This document shows, piece after piece, positions 1-8,600 of a DNA stretch of 26,556 nucleotides. The DNA is from a virus, in IMG/VR virus record IMGVR_UViG_3300013195_000003, positions 78,524-105,079 of that record; one strand, written 5' to 3'. Position 1 is the stretch's first letter. The number at the start of each line of letters is the position of its first letter. Under the pieces are notes generated by a model that ran no database searches, was not told the origin of the DNA, and saw nothing but the letters and a program-made list of their open reading frames with translations. The translations under genes and the position numbers were made by a program.

Positions 1-1
1 T

Positions 2-178
2 TGGATCACTGATGTCCTCAAAAATATTGCTCCAGAGTGCGAATTTACAACTCTGGCAATGTACGAAAACGTTCATAGCAACTTTGAGAGTGATATTGTC
101 GGAAAAATCTACGACAATAATTCCGAAGATCTTCATTTTTGGTGGGAAAGACCCAATAATCACTGGACTGGGCGCTGA
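2..178 (+). CDS. 3' end of a gene entering the window; probable type I phosphoribosyltransferase-like protein (partial)
   Basis: Frame 2 is open from the window edge to TGA at 176-178: WITDVLKNIAPECEFTTLAMYENVHSNFESDIVGKIYDNNSEDLHFWWERPNNHWTGR*. The terminal 'DLHFWWE' resembles the 'WIVFPWE' end of xanthine/hypoxanthine-type PRTases. The stop sits in a terminator loop. The CDS is well supported; the product is tentative. Confidence 0.55.
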   Translation, partial: WITDVLKNIAPECEFTTLAMYENVHSNFESDIVGKIYDNNSEDLHFWWERPNNHWTGR

Positions 179-192
179 TGCGCCCTTTTTTT
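170..192 (+). terminator. Rho-independent terminator
   Basis: GGGCGC-TGAT-GCGCCC is a perfect 6-bp GC stem (170-175/180-185) followed by T7 (186-192). Confidence 0.9.
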
Positions 193-197
193 GTCCA

Positions 198-205
198 ACT
201 AAATA
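198..205 (+). promoter_or_regulatory. T4-type late promoter variant (ACTAAATA)
   Basis: CTAAATA at 199-205, directly after the terminator and upstream of the structural operon. It is a variant of the gp55-dependent TATAAATA consensus. Confidence 0.65.
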
Positions 206-211
206 AAACGT

Positions 212-256
212 CGGGATAGAACCCCGTAAAAAGTTCTCCTGCAAACCATTAGGAGA
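212..256 (+). promoter_or_regulatory. Structured 5' leader: putative H-type pseudoknot plus overlapping anti-SD hairpin
   Basis: Pairings: CGGG(212-215)/CCCG(223-226); AGAAC(218-222)/GTTCT(233-237); TCTCCT(235-240)/AGGAGA(251-256), the latter being the SD of the ORF at 263. Confidence 0.55.
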
Positions 257-262
257 CGATTG

Positions 263-421
263 ATGTCCATTCCTCGCAAGACACCTGTAGATTATGGCGA
301 CCAGTTTATTAAATCTGGTATGGTACTCATTACCGATCAGAGAGCTGACGCATTATTAAGAAAAGCGAGTAAAAAGAGACAGGTTCCCCAACCTGACTAT
401 ACAGAAAGGTTCGAGAACTAG
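263..421 (+). CDS. 52-aa hypothetical protein upstream of gp25
   Basis: AGGAGA SD 6 nt upstream of ATG 263. Translation MSIPRKTPVDYGDQFIKSGMVLITDQRADALLRKASKKRQVPQPDYTERFEN*, TAG at 419-421. It fills the gap between the late promoter and gp25 and is below the ORF-track cutoff. Confidence 0.75.
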   Translation: MSIPRKTPVDYGDQFIKSGMVLITDQRADALLRKASKKRQVPQPDYTERFEN

Positions 422-429
422 TATACATA
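422..429 (+). promoter_or_regulatory. Possible late promoter variant TATACATA
   Basis: One mismatch to TATAAATA, intergenic, 19 nt upstream of the gp25 ATG. Confidence 0.35.
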
Positions 430-448
430 CTAAAGATCCCTAACTACA

Positions 449-847
449 ATGCCGAGAGAGGTTAAATTTAAGGATTTATCCATCTCGATGGGTATTAATC
501 CCGTTACTAAGGATGTACTCAACACCACAGGTGAAGCTGCGGTGAAAAGGGCGTTGTATAATATTATTTCAACACGTAAAGGAGAGAGGTTCTATAGACC
601 CGACCTCGGTAGTAATATTGCTGATCTTTTATTTGAACCTCTCGATGCTGCTACAGCTTCTTTGATATCTTTAGAGATAGAATTTGTTATACGGAAGTAT
701 GAACCAAGAGTAAATTTGATTCGTGCTGACGTTGATCTAAACTATGACAATAACGGTTTCGATGTGGTTATCGCATTTGAGATTATCGGTGTGGAAACAG
801 ATGTGCAGGTACGCGAAGTAGAATTCTTCTTAGAACGAACTCGATAA
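449..847 (+). CDS. gp25: Baseplate wedge subunit / sheath initiator, T4 gp25-like (GPW/gp25 family)
   Basis: Motifs FKDLS, AVKRALYNIISTRKGERFYRPDLGS, LLFEP and YEPRV; 132 aa; directly upstream of gp6 with TAATG overlap. Confidence 0.95.
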   Translation: MPREVKFKDLSISMGINPVTKDVLNTTGEAAVKRALYNIISTRKGERFYRPDLGSNIADLLFEPLDAATASLISLEIEFVIRKYEPRVNLIRADVDLNYDNNGFDVVIAFEIIGVETDVQVREVEFFLERTR

Positions 848-2661
848 TGTCTTACATTCAGGTTGCTAATTTAGACTTTGATCAGGTAAAGAGATCGCTG
901 AAAGAGTATTTACGCTCTAATAGCGATTTTACTGATTACGACTTTGAAGGTTCGACTCTTTCGACCCTGATCGATCTACTTGCCTATAACACCTACTACA
1001 CGGCGTTTAACGCCAATATGGTAGTCAATGAGGCGTTCCTTACTTCCGCCACTCTCAGAGACAATGTGGTGTCTCTGGCGAAGCAAATAGGATATGTTCC
1101 TAAGTCAACTGTTGCTCCTACAGCTGTTGTTAGTTTAGTAGCAGATTACAGTTCCGAACAGAGAGTTCCTGATCAGGCAAAACTCCCCAGAGGTTCTCAA
1201 TTTGTTACTAGAATCAACGGTGTATCATATTCCTTCATTACTGTAAGGGATTATGTCGAAAGTGTAGATTCTAGAGACATTGCCACTTTTAATGATGTAG
1301 AGATTAAAGAAGGCAATTACGTAATTGAAAATTTCACTTTCAATTCGGCTATTCCGCAACGCTTCATTTTAAGAAACCCAAATATCGATACCAGCACTAT
1401 TAGGGTAACTGTTAGGGAAACGCTGGACAATACAAATGTTACTGAATATCAGTTAGCTTCCAATATCATTGGATATGACGGATCATCTAATATTTTCTTT
1501 ATTCAAGAAGGTGAAGATGAGAGATATGAGATTATTTTTGGCGATGGAGTCTTAGGCACTAAGCTTACTACTAATAACTTCATCGAAGTTTCTTATATCA
1601 CGACTAACGGTTCTGATGCAAACGCTGCAAGAGTGTTTACTTACTCTGCCGTCTTAGAGGATACTGTCGGTAACATTAATTATTCACCTACTATTACACT
1701 TACCACAGTATCGGCTGCTGGAGGAGGAGAAGAACTTGAATCAATCGATAGTATTAAAACAAACGCTCCAAAAGTTTTCAATGCGCAAAATCGAGCGGTT
1801 ACCGCAGATGACTACGAATCCGTTATCCGTAATATTTACCCTGCGATTGCTGACATTGTTTGCTATGGTGGAGAAGAAGCAGATCCTCCCGAATATGGGA
1901 AGGTCAAAATTGTAATCAAACCTCGTTTTGCGACTAAGTTGTCGCAATACACGAAAAATTTGATTGGACAAGAATTAAAGAAGTATGCAGTAGTGTCGGT
2001 TACTCCCGAAATTATTGATCCTTCCATCATTTACGTTGAATTAGACTCTAAGGTTTATTTTAACCAGTCTAAGACAACTCTTAACGAGTCTCAGTTAAAA
2101 GCTGGTGTTATTAGTTCTCTTGAGGCATATAAAACGACTTCTGATTTAGAAAAATTTAACGGTCGCTTTAAGTATAGTCGTGTTGTTGGTATTATTGACT
2201 CTACAAACAATTCGATCACCTCTAACGAGACGAGTATCACACTCAGAAAGGATTTTTATCCCGTTATGAATACTGTTACTCAATATGAAATTTGTTATCA
2301 AAACCCACTCTCTTCTGGATGTACTCATCCATCTGTTCAGAGTACAGGATTCGTAATTGCAGAGTTTCCTAGCGATGTCGTTTACTTAGCTGACGATCAA
2401 GTGGGAAATGTTTACCTTTATAAGATTGACGCAACTACAAAAGACCGTTTTGTGCTGAATCCTCAGCAAGGAACTGTTGATTATATCAAAGGAGAGGTAA
2501 TGTTGAATCGGTTAAATATAATCAAGGGAACGTATGATGATAACAAGATTGAACTTCGTGTTCAACCTAAAAATAAAGACATTTATGCACTTCGTGAAGC
2601 ATACTTAACTCTTGATTTAACAACTAGCGTCTTCCTCATTCAAAAAGAATCGTTAATCTGA
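847..2661 (+). CDS. gp6: Baseplate wedge subunit, T4 gp6-like
   Basis: Motifs LDFDQVK, FTDYDFEGS, LLAYNTYY, NEAFLTSATLRDNVVSLAKQIGYVP, YEIIFGDGVLG and AQNRAVTADDY; 604 aa. Confidence 0.95.
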   Translation: MSYIQVANLDFDQVKRSLKEYLRSNSDFTDYDFEGSTLSTLIDLLAYNTYYTAFNANMVVNEAFLTSATLRDNVVSLAKQIGYVPKSTVAPTAVVSLVADYSSEQRVPDQAKLPRGSQFVTRINGVSYSFITVRDYVESVDSRDIATFNDVEIKEGNYVIENFTFNSAIPQRFILRNPNIDTSTIRVTVRETLDNTNVTEYQLASNIIGYDGSSNIFFIQEGEDERYEIIFGDGVLGTKLTTNNFIEVSYITTNGSDANAARVFTYSAVLEDTVGNINYSPTITLTTVSAAGGGEELESIDSIKTNAPKVFNAQNRAVTADDYESVIRNIYPAIADIVCYGGEEADPPEYGKVKIVIKPRFATKLSQYTKNLIGQELKKYAVVSVTPEIIDPSIIYVELDSKVYFNQSKTTLNESQLKAGVISSLEAYKTTSDLEKFNGRFKYSRVVGIIDSTNNSITSNETSITLRKDFYPVMNTVTQYEICYQNPLSSGCTHPSVQSTGFVIAEFPSDVVYLADDQVGNVYLYKIDATTKDRFVLNPQQGTVDYIKGEVMLNRLNIIKGTYDDNKIELRVQPKNKDIYALREAYLTLDLTTSVFLIQKESLI

Positions 2662-2664
2662 TAA

Positions 2665-5600
2665 ATGGCAGGTCCCAGTCTCGCAGCTCTGATTGAAAAT
2701 CAGCTTCCTGATTTTATTGTCGAGGATTATCCCCTCGTAACAAATTTCCTGTCGAAATATTATGAAGCGTTAGCGCTGAGTGAAGGTCCGACTGATATTA
2801 TTAACAATTTCGAGAAGTATCTCGATGTTGACACATTTTCACCAGAGGTATTAGTTAAGACTTGCCTCTTGGAACAAGAAATCGCTGATGGTAGCGATAG
2901 AATTGATATTGTCGTCAATAAGACAGATGGATTTCCTGATAAGAACGGTCTGATAATGATCGATCAGGAAATTTTCCTGTATGAGACCAAAACTGCTACA
3001 GAATTTAAAAATTGCGTCAGAGGATATAGCGCAAAAACAGCTCTTGGCGATTTATACAATGAAATTTCATATCACGAGAGCAGCACAGGTGTTCATAAGC
3101 AATTTGCCGAAGTTAGCAACCTGAGCAATCTGCTTTTGGCAGGTTTGATCAAGCAATACGAAGAGCAGTACACTTCTGGTTTCCCATATCAGTATCTTAG
3201 AGATCAGAGCAATAAAAACTTGCTTGTTAAGCGTATTAAGGACTTTTATCAAGTCAAAGGTACGCCACAATCTCTGGAATTCATTTTCCAAATTCTCTTT
3301 AGTGTCAAACCAGATATTTTCTATCCGAAAGAGAATGTTTTCAAGAGTTCGGAGTCTGGTTGGAACAGTAAAGAGCTTTTACTAGTCGAAGTCATCTCTG
3401 GTGACATTCGTGAAGTCGTCGGTAATGAAATTGCACAAACTCCCGACCCATATAACCCAGAACTGACATCTGCGACTGCAATTATCGACAATATCGTCGG
3501 TGAACCGTACCAGGGCAGCAGATTATACACTCTGACCATTTCTCCTGGTTCTAAGACTGGCAAATTTGCAATTGCACGTCGTACATTCTTAATGAATGCA
3601 CTTTCGCAGAATGCTGGACCTGGAGATCGCATCGATGTGTTCTCTACTATCGGGTTTCCCGAAAAAGATGGTCGTGTGGTAATTGGCACAGAAGAAATTA
3701 CCTATAGTGGCAAAACTGCAACTCAATTTATCATTGCTGAGCGTGATGCTGCTATTAAAGAAGTTTCAAACAAGAGAAGCTTCTCTCATAAGAAAGGTGT
3801 TCGTTGTTTTACTAAAAATAATCTCACTGGTAAGTATCAAGACGAATTTGGTATTGCCAGAGAGACCCAGCTGAGAATTTACGGTCTTGTCGCAGGTCTT
3901 ACTAGCGAAGGATTGGAATTAGAGAGCTCTTCTTTAGTTTATGGTGAACAAGGTGATGAAAGTGTCTTTGATGTCGAAGATGGTGGTATTCCATATATCG
4001 CTCTCGACAATATGGTCGAGTTTTCGTCTTCTGGTTTCTTTGACGACCTTCCTCTTACTAATGAATGGATTGTCAATGAAGATTTCACAAAGCTGAGTGC
4101 ATTTGATCCTACTAATATTGGATCTACTAGTATTAAGGACAAATTGCTGTCAAACGTCTCTGCAATCTACAGAGATGATACAAATTACTATATTGCATCG
4201 TCTGGTTTCCCATCATACCCGATTGGACCGTTTGACAACACCGCAGTTCCTCAAGATCAGGAACATTTGAAAATTATTCCCAGAAAACCGATAGATGCTT
4301 CTAATAAACAGTATTCTACTAATAGAGAAGTCGGTGTTCTGATTAATGGCGTTCCTTTGCTCAATCATCGGTCTCCTGATGGGTTAGCATATGGATCTAT
4401 CACCGATATCGAGATTACAGACACTGGTAGGAACTATACAGTGCCTCCTACTGTTAATATCGAAGGTGCTGCCGAAGCTTACGCTGAAATCAATGGATTG
4501 GGTCAAGTTACCAATATCGTAGTCACTAATCCTGGTTCTGGTTACTCTGCACCTCCTGAAGTTACAATTACTTCTGGTTCTGGTGGTCAATTTACTACTG
4601 TAATCTCTCAGGGCGAAATTGCAAGTATTTCGCTGTCTATTAACGAGCTTGCGCAGGTTATTGACGCTGGACAAGATTATACCGAACCTCCGAACGTCTT
4701 TATCTTCGATTCTAGCGGAAAAGGTAAAGGTGCACTGTTTACTTGCCAAATTGACGCTAATACTGGCACCATTACAGGATTTACGAAGCTTTCTGGCGGT
4801 TTCGACTATCAAGAGGCAACTACTACCGTTACTCTTGCTCCTAGACACCAAATTGCAGGCGCAAGAGCAAATCTGACTCAATGGAAGTTTAACAGTTACT
4901 TCTCCGAAACTGTAGACAACGGAAACACCTCTGGCATCGTCTATGAGGCGTCTAGTACTCTATATGGCAATGCATATGGTCATATTATCGCTCCGACCTC
5001 TCTGAAGATCCAGAGGAGCGATAATGTGGATGGTCAGGGTAACCCTCTGACCAATAAGACCCATTCTCCTATTTTGGGTTGGGCATATGACGGAAATCCG
5101 ATCTATGGGTCATTCGGTTACGATAATCCCTATCAAGATACCTCAGCATCTTCTCCAACCATTAAAAGGATGGAATCGTCTTGGAGATTGAAGACAACTC
5201 GTGGAAATGATTCTCCAAGTGAAGCTACGTATTCATTAGGTCGTTTTGTTAACGATTATGAGTATGTTGAGCGTTTAGGTGACCTGGATGCTAATAATGG
5301 TCGTTTCTGTACAACACCAGAGTTTCCTGATGGTGTTTATGCATATTTCTTAACTACAGACTCAAATGAGACTCCACAGTTCCCATATTCGGTTGGAGAG
5401 GCGTTTTACAACGTTCCTGTCGAAGAGAACTGGAAAGAAGGTGCCAGACAGTCTGTATTGCCTGATAGAGTCCGTAGACGCCGTGTAAATGCCAGTGAGT
5501 CTTCTGGTGAGCTGCTGACTTCTAGAGTTAGCGGTGTGAACTATGGTCCCGTCACAAATATCGAAGTTCACGCATCTTCTGCTAATTTTACAAATGAAGA

Positions 5601-8600
5601 TGTTGTTTTCGTCGATAATACAACTAATGACAGCGGAGATGGTTTATTTGCAGCTGTTAATGAAATTCAAGGTCAAGAAGTTGAATCTCTGTCCTGCAAC
5701 TCTCCTAAGAACAATTATCTGATTACTAATAATCCTTTATTCTTAAATCACGAAACTGTGATTACTCAGGAGAATACAGGCGCTTCTGCACAAGTAATTG
5801 GTAAGATTGAAGAAGTTGATCGCTTTGTCGTCAAGAACGTTACTGGCGAATTTAATTTAACCGATAATATCAATTCTACGACAGAAATTTACAATCTGAC
5901 ATTTGACAATACTGTAGTTGCCGATGTTGGCGATGAAGTTGTTCTGCAGGTTCAATCTGGTGGAGTTGCTCACGAAACTGCTATCGGTAAAGTTTTACGT
6001 AATGTTTTTGATAAAAATACTGTTGTTGTAGAGCTACAACTTGCCAACCCCAATGAAACGACAACATTAGATGAGGATGGGGTTACAGTTATCACTATTC
6101 CTAGATCCAGTTATACAGATATTGGATATTTCGCTGTTGGCGATGGCATTTCTCTTGGACCCAGCGCTGCGACTATTGTCAGTATTAGATCTTTATCTAA
6201 AGGATTTAAGCTGCTGAATATCGAAGATAATATCGCAGTTCTTAAAACCAAAGATAAGGTTCACGGTCTTGCAGTTGGTGATGATGTTATTGTCACTGTC
6301 GAACCCAATGCCGCAATTGCAACGCAGCGTTATTTTGTCGAAACTAAGAAGTATCATACTATTCAATTAGAGAATATTGAGAGATCTACCGCAATCAACG
6401 ATTCTGGACTCTCAAGAATTAGCCTTATTGGTGCTGGTTCTGGTTTTACCCCCAGCACTACATTTAATGATGTCACCGTTGATTTCTATAGCAACTCCCG
6501 AGTTGGAGTTGTTCACGGTACTCTCGACATTACAACAAATGCTAACGGCAATGTAGAATCAGCTGTAATCACTAGCGGTGGTTCTGGATATCAATATGGA
6601 GATATCCTTACAGTACCTCTTGGCAATCTTGGTGGCAATGTTGGTAGTAACAATTGTGCTTTCTTTGTTGATGCAGCTGGATTTGGCAGCAATAAAACTT
6701 TATTGACAGTTGACAACTCTAACGGTATTTCCGCAGGTGATATCATTCAAATTACTGAAGAGCTGCTACAAGTTGTTAGTGTATCTGGCAATAATATTAC
6801 TGTTACCAGAGGATACAACAATACAGAAATTGTTGACCACCTGGATGACATTGCCGTAACTCTTATTACGAAGACTTATAGATTTACAAAGGATAGTGTC
6901 ATCAACTTTGGTTCTAGTACTGCATATGTTGATAGTTACAATCCTGCCACTCAGCAGATTACCGTATATTATGCCAATGAAGGTGATTTAGAGATTACTA
7001 GTAGCTCTATCTTTGTTGATGAAAGTACTCCCACTAAGCAAGCAATAATCAACAGTGTCACTGACACTAGCTTGAGATTTAGATTCCGTAAAGATGGTGA
7101 TACTGAATGGTTTAGAAATCTTTCTCTTGATGTTCAGAGAACATATCGATATATCTTTGATACTAGCGATGCATCGTTACTGAATAGACACCTCAAGTTC
7201 TATAGTAATGTTTACAGAACCAGAAAACTTTTGCAGGCATTTGAGTCTGTGGAAAAACCTGGATTAAGTGGTTCATACACCTCATTCCAGTTGGGTTATG
7301 GTATTCCTATCGATGGTACTAGCTGGGAGCAAACTCCTATTATTGATGTTCCTCCAAAGATCTACTATGACGAACCCCTTGACCTGATTGATTCTGAAAA
7401 TCAGTTCTTTACGCTGGTTAGCGACCCGTTTGCTGGCAAACACGCTGTGTTCTATGGTTATGAATACGAATTTGCTTATAGACTGCCAACCACACCGCAG
7501 CAAGAAGGATTTACTAACGTTCAATATTACACTGATTCTCTTTACGCTATTGGTAGTATTAAGAGTATCAAAGTGATCAGTGGTGGTAAGAACTATACTA
7601 TACCACCGCAGCTGCCAGGTGTATTCCTCAACAAACGTTTTAGAGGAGCATTTACTCCATTAATTGAAGATGGAAAGATCACTTCTGTTACTGTTGTTGA
7701 TACTGGTCTTAACTATTCCAAACCTCAAGTACTCCTCGAAAACACTGATGGTGGTGCAAATGCCCAATTCCGTGTTGAGCTGACTAACCAAGGTGCTGTC
7801 GGTCGTATTGTGCCTATTGATCAAGGTAGTGGTTATGGTCCTGATACTACATTGAGACTATATGAGTCAGATACAAAACTTTTTGCTCACGGTGAGAACA
7901 TTGGTAAGCTTGCTACCTTAGAGATCATCTCTTCTGGTAAGGACTTTAATAATGATCCTACTTTGCTTCCTCAAGTCAATCCTCCTGTTGTGATGACTCT
8001 GAGAAATTTCCCTGCTAGAGCTTTCTTGAATGGTGAGCAAATCACTCAAAGAAATTCTCAGGGTAGAGTTATTGCAACTGGTCGTGTTGACTTCTGGATC
8101 AATGGTATGAACATTCTGCGCATTAAGCAGATTGAAGGTAAGTTTGATCAAAGATATTCACTCTACGGCGAATCTCTTCGTAGTACAGCCGACATTCAGA
8201 AGATATACGTTGCCAAGATCGATCCGATTATTGGACCTACTAGTACATCTATTGGTAACTTCCAAACTGACCGCAGTAAGCTGTCTGCTGTGTCCCAGAA
8301 GATTCAGGATGGTATTTACTATCAAGATTATTCTTATGTGGTCAAATCCACAGTTTCTATTAACGACTGGAGAGACTTTGTTAAGAAGTTCACTCACCCC
8401 GCAGGTTTTAACCTGTTTGGCGAAGTTCTAATCGAATCTTTTGGAGATGCAGAACAACCCGAGACTATCGATACTCCTCAGTCTGGAACTAAGGATAATG
8501 GTTTCGGTGCTGTTATTAGCATCATTGAACCTGGCGTTCTTGGCGTTACCACTACACACAAGTCTACAAGGATTACACAGTCTCACGTTAGAGTCGATAC

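Noticed and set aside
12-206. 64-aa ORF from the ORF track
   Set aside because: It runs through the terminator hairpin and U-tract. The overlapping frame 2 ORF is more protein-like and stops exactly at the terminator.
212-240. Canonical preQ1-I riboswitch call
   Set aside because: The topology is similar, but the conserved U at the start of the loop is missing, the would-be ligand-pairing C can pair in stem 2, and no queuosine genes lie downstream. Kept only as an unclassified pseudoknot.
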